This document shows positions 20,253-29,321 of a DNA stretch of 51,051 nt, one piece after another. Source of the stretch: Sphingorhabdus sp. (GTDB lineage Bacteria; Pseudomonadota; Alphaproteobacteria; Sphingomonadales; Sphingomonadaceae). The notes under the pieces are model-generated. The model was not told where the DNA came from and searched no databases. It saw only the letters and a list, made by a program, of their open reading frames with translations. Position 1 is the stretch's first letter; each line of letters opens with the position of its first letter. Made by a program: the position numbers and the translations under genes. The stretch covers positions 1 through 51,051 of the forward strand of contig NZ_JBIICH010000001.1 in NCBI RefSeq assembly GCF_044239005.1, given 5' to 3'.

Positions 20253-20831
20253 TCAGTGCGCGCCCCGTTCGGTGGACATCAAACCCTTGGCGAGTGCAGC
20301 GAGAGCTAAGGCGATGAGCACGTGATATATGTGCCAAGCCACAGCCTCATCAAGCCACGCCGCACGCCGAATGAACAACGTATTTGCAAGCATCACGGCG
20401 CAACCAATTGGCACAAGCCACGTCCGCCCCGACGGGCCGGGTCGCACGATTGAGGCAAGAAATACGAGCACTAACGCCAATAGGAAAACAGGGCCGAGCA
20501 GCGGTTGCGCGAACAAAAAGATCGCGGTCGCGGTGCACAGGATGAGCGCGATTATCGATATTATGTGTCTATCCGCGGGACGGAACAGATAGCTGGATAA
20601 TATGGCCACGGCACCCGCAAGGCCCAACAATTGAGACGCACCCGCATGCAAAGCGGCGAGCGCATCCTGCAAACCAGCCCCAAAACGCACCACGCCGATG
20701 GAGGCTGCAACGCCAAAGCAGGCCATCGCAAATGCCGGTAAATATCGGCCATTTCGCCAAAGCGCATTTCCGGCGATAATCGTGACCAACACAATGGCCG
20801 CGTCGGATAAAGCATAATGGGCGGGCATCAT
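20253..20831 (-). CDS. Hypothetical multi-pass membrane protein
   Basis: About 7 hydrophobic segments, with His residues at the N-terminus (HYALSD) and C-terminus (WHIYH). ATGA overlap with the upstream desaturase. Confidence 0.75.
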   Translation of the reverse strand: MMPAHYALSDAAIVLVTIIAGNALWRNGRYLPAFAMACFGVAASIGVVRFGAGLQDALAALHAGASQLLGLAGAVAILSSYLFRPADRHIISIIALILCTATAIFLFAQPLLGPVFLLALVLVFLASIVRPGPSGRTWLVPIGCAVMLANTLFIRRAAWLDEAVAWHIYHVLIALALAALAKGLMSTERGAH

Positions 20832-21763
20832 ACGCTCGTCACGGATTCTGGCGTATTGCTATTGGGGAGCAAACCCGCCTCCCGTTTAATGTCTTCGGAC
20901 GTCAACCGTGATCCATCATGGCTCCAACCGGGTGGCGCAAAAATGTAACAAAAACGCTGCCACAGGCTCAACCCGCGCTGCGACGCATCCTGCACTATCC
21001 CGACATATTCGTGGGTTAAAATTGTGAATGGATTAAACGTCTCAAGGTTTTTGACCAAGCCATAGTCAACCGGTACGGCGCGGTCTTCCTCGACGAATGT
21101 GCCAAACATGCGATCCCAGATGATCAGCGTACCGGCAAAATTGGCATCCAGATATTCTGGATTGCGGCCATGGTGCACCCTGTGGTGGCTCGGCGTATTG
21201 AAAATATATTCAAACCACCGTGGCAAACGGTCGATCGTTTCGGTGTGGAGGAAGAATTGGTAGGTTGCGTTAAGGATCCCGCAAAAAACAACCAATGCCG
21301 GATCAAAGCCGATTAAAATTAGCGGAATTTTGAGCATCATCGTTCCGGTAAAGTGCTTCATCCAACTTTGGCGCAGCGCAATGGGCATGTTGAAATTGGT
21401 GGATGAGTGATGGACCACATGCATGGCCCAACCCCAACGGACGCGGTGGCATATGCGGTGGTGCACGTAAAATCGCAGATCATCGAGCACGAAGCACAAT
21501 AAGAACGATCCCCAGGTGATCGGTATTTCGCCAATGGCAAAGGGCGCCGCTGCAAATAAAGCAGCGGTGGTGATGAACGCAAAGATGGCATTTACCGGGT
21601 CACTTGCGAGCCCCAGAAATATGGACAGCAAGGAGTCTTTGGCCGGGACGTTGCCCTTACGTTTGAGGAAGCGAATGGCACCCAGTTCAAACAAAATGCC
21701 CAGCCCAAAAACAGTAAGCGATATGATGACCCAATTTTGGTTGATGAGCTGCGTAACTGTCAC
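20828..21763 (-). CDS. Sterol desaturase / fatty-acid hydroxylase family (alkylglycerol monooxygenase-like)
   Basis: His boxes HHRICH, HVVHHSS and HHRVHH, plus QFFLHTE and IIWDRMFGTF. GTG start after GGGGAG. Confidence 0.88.
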   Translation of the reverse strand: MTVTQLINQNWVIISLTVFGLGILFELGAIRFLKRKGNVPAKDSLLSIFLGLASDPVNAIFAFITTAALFAAAPFAIGEIPITWGSFLLCFVLDDLRFYVHHRICHRVRWGWAMHVVHHSSTNFNMPIALRQSWMKHFTGTMMLKIPLILIGFDPALVVFCGILNATYQFFLHTETIDRLPRWFEYIFNTPSHHRVHHGRNPEYLDANFAGTLIIWDRMFGTFVEEDRAVPVDYGLVKNLETFNPFTILTHEYVGIVQDASQRGLSLWQRFCYIFAPPGWSHDGSRLTSEDIKREAGLLPNSNTPESVTSV

Positions 21764-21853
21764 AAAATTCTCCCCCGCGATTAATAAAAGGAATAGTCTG
21801 GTTGGCGATTTAAAAAATTGAATAATAAATGCATATTATGTAATTATTGGAAC

Positions 21854-22756
21854 ATGAATATAAATCTGAATAGGCTATCCCGGTTCGTCGTGGTTTATCG
21901 CCACAAGAGTTTTAGCCGCGCCGCCAGCGAGCTTGGCATGACGCATTCGGCACTGACAAAGTCGGTGCAGCTGCTCGAACAAGAACTAGGCGCAGAATTG
22001 TTCAACCGGACCACGCGCAGCGTTGTCCCCACCGATGCCGGCAACCGTCTTGCGCAAAGGGCTGAGGAACTTTTGGCGCTAGCGGACCAAATCGGCGATG
22101 AGGTCTTAACCGGTAGCCGACATTTGCGGCTGATTGCCGGACCTGCGGTCATCGAAGCATCATTGGCGCCTGCACTTGCTGCATTTTACAAGTCACATCC
22201 GAACATCCGCGTGACGGCGGAAACGCTTCCGTTAGACATCGCCGCAGCACGGTTGCGCCAACGGGAAGCGGACTTGCTGCTTTTCCATTCAACGACCGTC
22301 AGCGCCATTCCCGAAAAGCGGTTGTTTCAGATAAGCAGGATAATCGACGAGCCCTATGTCGCGGTTATGCGTCAGGACCATCCCGCGTTGCACCGCGACT
22401 TCAGCATTGATGAGATGCTGCGATATAAATGGGCCATTCCCGGCTATGGGAAAATCTACCGCTCGGCCATTCCGACGGACATAGAAGAAAAATATCGCAA
22501 CGCCGGTTTCCCGCATTACCGCGTTTTAAGCCTCGTGTCGTGCTTGGCGTTGGTCGCCGACAGCGACATGATCACATTATTGCCTGCTTCCTTCGCCCAT
22601 AGGGACGCACGTGCGCTCAATCTGACGGTCGTGCCGATGCACCCAAGCTATGCGGCACGCTATGACGTAAGCGCAATCACGCTCAAAAATGGCGGGGCTG
22701 ACCCAGTGTTGGATGCATTGCAAAATGCTTTTGTGATGCAAACCGGCGTAGGCTGA
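21854..22756 (+). CDS. LysR-family transcriptional regulator
   Basis: SFSRAASELGMTHSALTKSVQLLEQELGAELFNR HTH; divergent from the desaturase across an AT-rich spacer. Confidence 0.92.
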   Translation: MNINLNRLSRFVVVYRHKSFSRAASELGMTHSALTKSVQLLEQELGAELFNRTTRSVVPTDAGNRLAQRAEELLALADQIGDEVLTGSRHLRLIAGPAVIEASLAPALAAFYKSHPNIRVTAETLPLDIAAARLRQREADLLLFHSTTVSAIPEKRLFQISRIIDEPYVAVMRQDHPALHRDFSIDEMLRYKWAIPGYGKIYRSAIPTDIEEKYRNAGFPHYRVLSLVSCLALVADSDMITLLPASFAHRDARALNLTVVPMHPSYAARYDVSAITLKNGGADPVLDALQNAFVMQTGVG

Positions 22757-22780
22757 ATTTCCGGCGACATCAGCGCGCGA

Positions 22781-24409
22781 TCAGTTGGCCCAATAGACAT
22801 ATTCCTGATCTTGTTTCCATGCGGCATTCAACGGAACATCGATCCGGATCGCGCCTTCTAGTAAGCCGGGCCAAAGGGGCTTGGGCAAACCGGCGTTTTG
22901 CGCGTCAATCAACTTGCGCAGTTCCGCCACGCGCGCCGGATCCTTGGCCGCCAAATTGACACGTTCGGTGGGATCGGTGGCGAGGTTGAATAGCCACACC
23001 TTGTTGGGCCGTTCGGAAACTTGCAATTTCCAGTCGCCTGCGCGCACAACGCGGTAATGCCCCGAACGCCAGAAGGTCACTTCGCGTTTCGGTCCAGTGC
23101 CAAACAGGTTGAAGCTGTCCATTTTGCGATCGGTGGGTAAGCGCGCACCGGTTGCCGCTGCAATGGTTGCAAACATATCAAGGTGCTGCGCGACATCGCT
23201 GCGAACCGTCCCCGGTGCGATCTTGCCGGGCCAGCGCATCATCATCGGCACATGAATGCCGCCTTCAAAGAAGGTGCCTTTATAGCCGCGATAGGGCGTA
23301 TTGTGATCTTTGATACCGGTATACCAAGCCCCGCCATTGTCGCTGGTAAAGATAACAAGCGTATTGTTGTCGAGCCCTGTGTCCTTCAACTTTTGCAGCA
23401 CGTCGCCAATCCGCCGGTCAAGCTGACGCATCATCGCGCCATAGACCCGCTGGGTATGGTCCTTAATCTGTGGCAACGCGTCATAGTCCGATTTCAGCGC
23501 CTGCAGCGGGGTGTGCGGCGCATTATAGGCCAGATACATGAAGAAGGGCCGGTTCTTGTTCGCCTCTATTGCGGCCAATGCATTGTCGGTGAAATAGTCG
23601 GTCAGGTGGCCTTTGGGGCGAAAACGCGCACTGTCCCCCCAATAGACCGCATATGGCAGGTTCGCCCATAAAAAGCGGTCTATCGGGTCCCATGGCAGTT
23701 TTGCATTGACGACCTGCGGATCATCTTCGGCCATAAACAAATCGCCGCCCGCCCGTATGCCAAGGCTTTCGTCAAACCCCTGCGACGTTGGTCGCAATGG
23801 TTTGGCTTCACCCAGATGCCATTTGCCGATGTGGATATTGTGATACCCCTGGGCTTTCAGTATTTCGGGCAACATGATTTCCGCATTGGGCACGCCCATA
23901 TCGGCATAGGCCGGCAGGTCGCGGTTCAGTTCTTCATGATAGATGGTTGGATAAGGAGAATCTCCATCATTATGTGCCAGATTTGAGGCAAATGCCGCTG
24001 GAATTGAGGTAAATTCAAAACCGAACCGTGTCGGATAACGCCCCGTCATTAGCGCCGCGCGGGAAGGCGAGCAGGTGGCGTTCGCGGCATAGCCGTTGGC
24101 AAAGCTAACGCCCTGTTTGGCAATGGAATCGATATTGGGTGTCGGCACCGCGCCACCAGCAACCCCGCCACCGTACAGCGAAATGTCATTCACGCCCAAA
24201 TCGTCGGCAACAATCAGGATGACGTTGGGCGGACGTTGGCCAGAGGGTGCGACCGCAGGGCCCTGCGCCCATGCAATGGGACGATTTTCGCCAATCGGTT
24301 CGCGCCATTCGCTGATGATGCCGGGAATGTAGATTTTATATTGCTGAAAACCCAAATAGCCCGCGCCGATCAACAGCGCCAATGCCCCGATCCATGTCCA
24401 TTTTTTCAT
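22781..24409 (-). CDS. Cys-type (formylglycine-dependent, S1) sulfatase with N-terminal membrane anchor
   Basis: PNVILIVADDLG, CSPSRAALMTG, GKWHLG, APHTP, FTSDNG and FEGGIHVP. Start ATG 24409 (ATGA overlap). Confidence 0.93.
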   Translation of the reverse strand: MKKWTWIGALALLIGAGYLGFQQYKIYIPGIISEWREPIGENRPIAWAQGPAVAPSGQRPPNVILIVADDLGVNDISLYGGGVAGGAVPTPNIDSIAKQGVSFANGYAANATCSPSRAALMTGRYPTRFGFEFTSIPAAFASNLAHNDGDSPYPTIYHEELNRDLPAYADMGVPNAEIMLPEILKAQGYHNIHIGKWHLGEAKPLRPTSQGFDESLGIRAGGDLFMAEDDPQVVNAKLPWDPIDRFLWANLPYAVYWGDSARFRPKGHLTDYFTDNALAAIEANKNRPFFMYLAYNAPHTPLQALKSDYDALPQIKDHTQRVYGAMMRQLDRRIGDVLQKLKDTGLDNNTLVIFTSDNGGAWYTGIKDHNTPYRGYKGTFFEGGIHVPMMMRWPGKIAPGTVRSDVAQHLDMFATIAAATGARLPTDRKMDSFNLFGTGPKREVTFWRSGHYRVVRAGDWKLQVSERPNKVWLFNLATDPTERVNLAAKDPARVAELRKLIDAQNAGLPKPLWPGLLEGAIRIDVPLNAAWKQDQEYVYWAN

Positions 24410-24864
24410 TCTGGGCTCTCCGGTTGGGTTTTGCTTGATCGCCGCACGGATAGCCACAGAAACAATAATATTATCGGCAGCGAAATCAGGCTGGCATAAT
24501 GTTCAGGCGGGTGATGGCCGCTGACGGGCACATGCTTTATCCAGCCGGACCAGCTCAGCAACAGGCGCTCGATCAGAGACACCAAAAGGAACAGCGGCAC
24601 GAGCGCGCGGTAGCGCAATGCGACCAAGAGGGTGACAATGCCGTGCGCAATCTGCGTCGCGCCCGCCCAGGCAAACATGCCGAAAATCATCGTTGGATTA
24701 TGGCTGAGATCAAGCCCTGCAATCACGCCCGCACCGCCATCAGGCAGGAAACTGTGGATCATCCCCGGTACGATCCAGCCAATGCCATAAAAGGCCAAAA
24801 ACCACGCAGCGTAACGGGATCCACGATAGTGGATATTTGTACTGGGTGGCAGGAAAGCGTTCAT
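24406..24864 (-). CDS. Hypothetical small membrane protein (about 4 TM)
   Basis: Hydrophobic, with HSFLPDGGAGVIAG; translationally coupled on both sides by ATGA overlaps. Confidence 0.75.
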   Translation of the reverse strand: MNAFLPPSTNIHYRGSRYAAWFLAFYGIGWIVPGMIHSFLPDGGAGVIAGLDLSHNPTMIFGMFAWAGATQIAHGIVTLLVALRYRALVPLFLLVSLIERLLLSWSGWIKHVPVSGHHPPEHYASLISLPIILLFLWLSVRRSSKTQPESPE

Positions 24865-25493
24865 CCGGCGACCGTTAAGACGGCCAGATGTGCAAGCGCT
24901 GCCGCCAGCGCCAAGATGAGCGCAACGGTGACGCGCGGGCTGACGTAAAACGACACAACCCGCTGTGTCGGGAATGAAAATGTCGCAAGCGTACCAAGCA
25001 GCTTATCGGGATGGCCCTCCATAAAAGCGGGGTCCCTAACCAGCTTTATCATGTCGCGGCGGCTGCGGTAACGCATGAGGCCAAAGATCGTCCAATCGGG
25101 ATCCGCCTCGGTGTTCCAAGCATCAATATATCCACCAACCTTGCGTCCGACCATGCCGGGATGGCCGCCATTGCGAAATAGAGCCGGCATAAAGCGTTGC
25201 GAATAGCGCTTCAGCAGATCGAAGCCTTGAACCATTTGGCCGGTTTTGGGGTCTTCCACTTGCTCCATCTGCGCTTTCACCAGATTGAGCATGACAAACT
25301 CGCGGCCGTCATCGGCTTCAAGGAACGCGCGCATAACCTGCTGGCTATTTCCAGTGCCTTCGAAACGTCCCGCCATTTGCGCAAGAAACGCATCAATTTC
25401 GTCAGGTTTCAGCGGGCCTGACCAATTATCGTACCAGAGCCGAAATACGCCATAAGCGAGCAACGCTGTTCCCCAGATTATCCATGCTGTCAT
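24861..25493 (-). CDS. Membrane-anchored DUF1330-like hypothetical protein
   Basis: TM helices at both ends; core FVMLNLV...Y...GGHP...W....MRYRSRRDM resembles DUF1330 dimeric alpha/beta barrels. Start moved to ATG 25493. Confidence 0.65.
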   Translation of the reverse strand: MTAWIIWGTALLAYGVFRLWYDNWSGPLKPDEIDAFLAQMAGRFEGTGNSQQVMRAFLEADDGREFVMLNLVKAQMEQVEDPKTGQMVQGFDLLKRYSQRFMPALFRNGGHPGMVGRKVGGYIDAWNTEADPDWTIFGLMRYRSRRDMIKLVRDPAFMEGHPDKLLGTLATFSFPTQRVVSFYVSPRVTVALILALAAALAHLAVLTVAG

Positions 25494-25497
25494 GGCT

Positions 25498-25749
25498 CTA
25501 ACTACCCTTCTTTTTGGCGCGCTCGGCATCGCGCTGGGCTTTTGCTGCCTCTTTACAGGCGGGTGATGTTTTCTTGATATTCTTGATAAGGCAGGCGCGG
25601 ACATTGTCGCGGCTAAAAGTCGCCAACTCTGCAGAGCAGTATTTACGAATATCGGGCATGCACGCTTGGCGCACATTGTCTTGCGCCGACAGTGGTGCAG
25701 TTGAGAGTATCAGCGCGGACGCCGTCAAAATGAAGACTGCTTTTGACAT
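25498..25749 (-). CDS. Small secreted cysteine-rich-repeat protein
   Basis: Signal peptide (LSA/Q), then ACMPDIRKYC...CL...SPAC with 4 Cys. First gene of the leftward operon. Confidence 0.75.
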   Translation of the reverse strand: MSKAVFILTASALILSTAPLSAQDNVRQACMPDIRKYCSAELATFSRDNVRACLIKNIKKTSPACKEAAKAQRDAERAKKKGS

Positions 25750-25805
25750 CCTTGTCTTTTCCTTCACCCAGTTATCTTTTGCGTCCCGCAACGAAGCGGC
25801 GGAAT

Positions 25806-25832
25806 ATTATTGGCATTAATTGTGCCAAAATA
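25806..25832. promoter_or_regulatory. Operator copy 1 (TGRCA-N7-TGYCA) between the divergent operon and tetR
   Basis: ATTATTGGCATT-AAT-TGTGCCAAAATA. Confidence 0.65.
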
Positions 25833-25890
25833 TATTTGCAATCGCTTTTGTCGCTTGCACCAGCGGCCGTTTGCCGCAAAACATGCCCCC

Positions 25891-26511
25891 ATGACCAACG
25901 CATCGCACAAAATGACATCACGCGCAGAAGCGCCACTGGCCGATGGTCGGCGGGAACGCAGCCGGTCTAGCCGATCGAAGATAGTCGCAGCGATGGTCGA
26001 TCTGGTCGGTAAGGGCGATGTAGCGCCCAGCGCCGCGCGTGTTGCGGAGGTTGCGGGTGTTGGGCTTCGCTCCGTTTTCCGACATTTTGACGATATGGAC
26101 GAGCTGTACCGCGAAATGGGGGAGGTGATTGCGGCGCAGGTGATGCCCATCATCCTCGAACCACCAAGCGGCGCTAGCTGGAAGGAAAAGCTGTTCGACA
26201 TTGCGGACCGGCGGGCAGTGGTTTTCGAAACCATCCTGCCTTACCGGATTTCGGCCAATCTCAAACGCTTCCAATCGCCCTATTTGATGCAGGACTATCG
26301 CCGGATGCTGCGGCTCGAATCCGACAGCACCGAGGCGCATTTGCCGGTGTCGGTAAAGGCTGATGTGGTCGGTACCCGCAGCCTCAATGTGATATTGAGT
26401 TTCCAGACATGGCGATTGTTAAGGCATGATCAGGAACTGCCTTTTGAGGATGCCAAGGCTGTTGTGCGTCGTTTGCTGAGCGATGCCATGTCCGGCATGC
26501 CGGAGGAATGA
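25891..26511 (+). CDS. TetR/AcrR-family transcriptional regulator
   Basis: DGRRERSRSSRSKIVAAM...VAEVAGVGLRSVFRHF HTH. Start moved to ATG 25891. Confidence 0.92.
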   Translation: MTNASHKMTSRAEAPLADGRRERSRSSRSKIVAAMVDLVGKGDVAPSAARVAEVAGVGLRSVFRHFDDMDELYREMGEVIAAQVMPIILEPPSGASWKEKLFDIADRRAVVFETILPYRISANLKRFQSPYLMQDYRRMLRLESDSTEAHLPVSVKADVVGTRSLNVILSFQTWRLLRHDQELPFEDAKAVVRRLLSDAMSGMPEE

Positions 26512-27425
26512 TGCAGCGCTTTGGTCTCGTTTTTGGTCTGGTGCTGCTGCTGCCTGGCTGCGGCGATGCAGATGTGCCGCCCGAAAAAATGTGCACCGGT
26601 TTGCAAGACAATGAAATGGTCTGGGTCCCGGGCGGTAGCTTTGTGATGGGGGATGATCCGCATTATGCAGAGGAAGGTCCGCCGCAGACGGTGGCCGTTA
26701 AGGGGTTCTGGATCGACACACATGAAGTGACCAACGCCCAATTCGCGGCCTTTGTAAAAGCGACCGGTTACAAGACCATATCGGAGCGCGATCCGCCCAA
26801 GCTGCCCGGTGCGCCGCCAGAAATGTTGGTCCCGGGTTCTGCCGTGTTCAATATCCCGTCGGACGACGACCCGCGTTGGTGGCGCTGGGTCGTGGGGGCG
26901 CAATGGCGCCATCCTTCCGGCCCGAAAGAGTCCATCGTTGGCCGCGACAACGAACCCGTTGTCCAGATCGCCTATCAGGATGCAGAGGCCTATGCGCGGT
27001 GGGCTGGCAAGGAATTGCCGAGCGAGGCGCAGTGGGAATATGCTGCGCGCGGCGGCGCGGTGGCATTGCCGGAACCGGTTGATGCAAAGGGCAAACCGCA
27101 AGCGAATTACTATCAAGGCGTCTTCCCGGTCAAAAACCTCAACACCGACGGCTATATCGGTCGCGCGCCGGTGGGTTGTTTCAAACCGAACGGATACGGT
27201 CTGTATGATATGATCGGCAATGTCTGGGAATGGACACGCAGCAGCGGATCGCGCGCCGATGCCAGCGAACCGGTTAATATCATAAAAGGCGGATCCTATC
27301 TTTGCGCGGCCAATTATTGCGCGCGCTATCGTCCCGCGGCGCGTCAGTTTCAGGAACGCGGACTAGGCACCGACCATATCGGGTTTCGGCTGGTCGATAC
27401 GAAGAAGGCTGGGCCAGCGTCTTGA
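26508..27425 (+). CDS. Formylglycine-generating enzyme (SUMF1/FGE), predicted lipoprotein
   Basis: GGSFVMG, EVTNAQF, LPSEAQWEYAARGG, NGYGLYDMIGNVWEW, KGGSYLCAANYCARYRPAAR (both active-site Cys) and HIGFR; lipobox LPGC. Confidence 0.92.
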   Translation: MMQRFGLVFGLVLLLPGCGDADVPPEKMCTGLQDNEMVWVPGGSFVMGDDPHYAEEGPPQTVAVKGFWIDTHEVTNAQFAAFVKATGYKTISERDPPKLPGAPPEMLVPGSAVFNIPSDDDPRWWRWVVGAQWRHPSGPKESIVGRDNEPVVQIAYQDAEAYARWAGKELPSEAQWEYAARGGAVALPEPVDAKGKPQANYYQGVFPVKNLNTDGYIGRAPVGCFKPNGYGLYDMIGNVWEWTRSSGSRADASEPVNIIKGGSYLCAANYCARYRPAARQFQERGLGTDHIGFRLVDTKKAGPAS

Positions 27426-27436
27426 CCCGCCATTGA

Positions 27437-27463
27437 TAATATGACACTTTAAGTGCCAATATA
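27437..27463. promoter_or_regulatory. Operator copy 2 (TGRCA-N7-TGYCA) upstream of the dehalogenase pair
   Basis: TAATATGACACT-TTA-AGTGCCAATATA. Confidence 0.65.
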
Positions 27464-27484
27464 ACCATTTCTAGGGATTAATGC

Positions 27485-28375
27485 ATGAAAGTCCTACGCA
27501 CACCCGACAGCGCCTTTGCCGCAATCGACGATTTTCCTTTTGCGCCAAATTATGTGGAGATTGCCGATCCCTCGGACGGCACGGCGTTGCGTGTGCATTA
27601 TGTGGATGAAGGCCCCCGCGATGCGCCAGTGGTGCTGATGATGCATGGCGAACCAAGCTGGAGCTATTTGTACCGTCACATGATCGGCCCAGTCGTCGCG
27701 GCGGGCTTTCGCGTTGTCGCGCCTGACCTGATTGGTTTCGGTAAATCGGACAAGCCCACGAAAAAAACCGACTATAGCTATGCACGCCATGTTGGCTGGA
27801 TGCGCCAGTGGATTGAGGCGGTTGACCTGAGCAACATGACGCTCGTCTGTCAGGATTGGGGATCGCTGATCGGGCTTCGCCTTGTCGCAGAAATGCCGGA
27901 TCGCTTTGCCAGCGTTGTGCTGTCCAATGGCGGCTTGCCCGAAGGCGGCCCGCCACCGCGCGCTTTTGCTATCTGGCGTGCCTTTTCCAAATGGAGCCCG
28001 TTTTTCCCCATCGGCAGGATCGTCAACGCCGGCGCAAAGCGTGCACTCAGCGCGGCTGAGATCGCCGCTTATGACGCGCCGTTTCCGGACAGTAGCTACA
28101 AGGCAGGAGCGCGGATATTCCCGAGCTTCGTTCCGTTCGAGAACAATGTGGCGATCCCCGACCAGAAACGTGCGTGGGAAGTGTTTGAGAAATGGGACAA
28201 GCCATTCCTGTGCTGCTTTAGCGACGGCGATCCCGTCACGCGCGGGGGCGAGAGCCGTTTCATCGGCCGCGTTCCCGGCACTGCGGGCCAGCCGCATTGC
28301 ACGTTGAAGGGCGGTCACTTCATTCAGGAAAATGATCCGCAAGGCTTCGTCGACTGCATCCTAAAAGTGCGATAG
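27485..28375 (+). CDS. Haloalkane dehalogenase 1 (HLD-I / DhlA-DmbB type)
   Basis: LRTP, HGEPSWSYLYR, nucleophile QDWG, cap Trp (FAIWRAF), acid D (SDGDP) and base GHFIQE. Confidence 0.9.
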   Translation: MKVLRTPDSAFAAIDDFPFAPNYVEIADPSDGTALRVHYVDEGPRDAPVVLMMHGEPSWSYLYRHMIGPVVAAGFRVVAPDLIGFGKSDKPTKKTDYSYARHVGWMRQWIEAVDLSNMTLVCQDWGSLIGLRLVAEMPDRFASVVLSNGGLPEGGPPPRAFAIWRAFSKWSPFFPIGRIVNAGAKRALSAAEIAAYDAPFPDSSYKAGARIFPSFVPFENNVAIPDQKRAWEVFEKWDKPFLCCFSDGDPVTRGGESRFIGRVPGTAGQPHCTLKGGHFIQENDPQGFVDCILKVR

Positions 28376-28377
28376 TC

Positions 28378-29274
28378 ATGAAGGTCTTGCGCACCCCCAA
28401 GGCCGCTTTCGCCGACCTTCCGAACTATCCGTTTGCGGCACATTATGTTGAGGTTGAAACGCAGGGCACGCCACCCTTGCGGTTGCATTATGTCGATGAA
28501 GGCCCCCGCGACGCTGCGCCGATCCTGCTGCTGCATGGAGAGCCGACCTGGTCCTATCTCTACCGCAAATTTGTACCCCCGCTCGCCGCCGCCGGGCACC
28601 GCGTGCTGGCACCTGATTTGATCGGCTTTGGCAAGTCTGACAAGCCTGCCAGCCGCGACGATTATAGCTATGAACGCCATGTCGCGTGGATGAGCGACTG
28701 GCTGACGCAGCTTGATCTGAACAACATCACGCTGTTCTGTCAGGATTGGGGCGGGTTGATCGGGCTGCGGCTGGTTGCGGCTTTTCCCGATCGTTTTGCG
28801 CGGCTGGTGATTTCAAACACCTATCTGCCCGTTGGGGAGAATATTGGTCCGGGTTTCGATGGCTGGCGCGCATTCAGCCAGGCTACGCCCGAATTCAAGA
28901 GCGGCCGGATCGTTGACGGCGGTTGTAACCGCGCACTGACGAGCGCCGAGATCGCCGCTTATGATGCGCCGTTCCCTGATGAGAGTTTCAAGGCCGGCGC
29001 GCGCCAGTTTCCTGTGCTCGTGCCCGTGACCCCGGACCATCTGTCAGTCGCCGAAAACGTCGCGGCATGGGCACAGCTTGAACGCTTCGACAAACCGGTG
29101 CTCACCTGCTTTGGCCATCAGGACAAGGTGCTCGGTCATCTCGATACGGAAATTCAACGACGCATCCCCGGCGCAAAGGGGCAACCGCATTGCCGGATCG
29201 ACGCCAGCCATTTTTGTCAGGAAGATCAGCCGGAACAGCTGGTCGCGTTGATCCGCAATTTCATCGCTGCCTAG
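28378..29274 (+). CDS. Haloalkane dehalogenase 2 (HLD-I type), tandem paralog
   Basis: LRTP, HGEPTWSYLYR, QDWG, FDGWRAF, GHQDK and SHFCQE; starts 2 nt after the copy 1 stop. Confidence 0.9.
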   Translation: MKVLRTPKAAFADLPNYPFAAHYVEVETQGTPPLRLHYVDEGPRDAAPILLLHGEPTWSYLYRKFVPPLAAAGHRVLAPDLIGFGKSDKPASRDDYSYERHVAWMSDWLTQLDLNNITLFCQDWGGLIGLRLVAAFPDRFARLVISNTYLPVGENIGPGFDGWRAFSQATPEFKSGRIVDGGCNRALTSAEIAAYDAPFPDESFKAGARQFPVLVPVTPDHLSVAENVAAWAQLERFDKPVLTCFGHQDKVLGHLDTEIQRRIPGAKGQPHCRIDASHFCQEDQPEQLVALIRNFIAA

Positions 29275-29321
29275 GCGTAAGTCCGGCGGTTAAATACCGG
29301 GCTATTCTTCAGCGGCGCGGA

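Noticed and set aside
24861-25676. Extended ORF-track starts (also 99, 4187, 7843, 9233, 15754, 24457, 25810, 30635, 39803, 42445)
   Set aside because: The extensions overlap neighbouring genes, promoters or terminators and look non-coding. Downstream starts with an RBS or stop/start overlap fit better.
25810-25828. Sigma-54 promoter reading (TTGGCAC...GC with GG-N10-GC spacing)
   Set aside because: The spacing fits, but the same palindrome recurs at 27437 and 33388 without GG/GC and no enhancer-binding protein is nearby. A TetR operator explains all three sites, though sigma-54 is not fully excluded.
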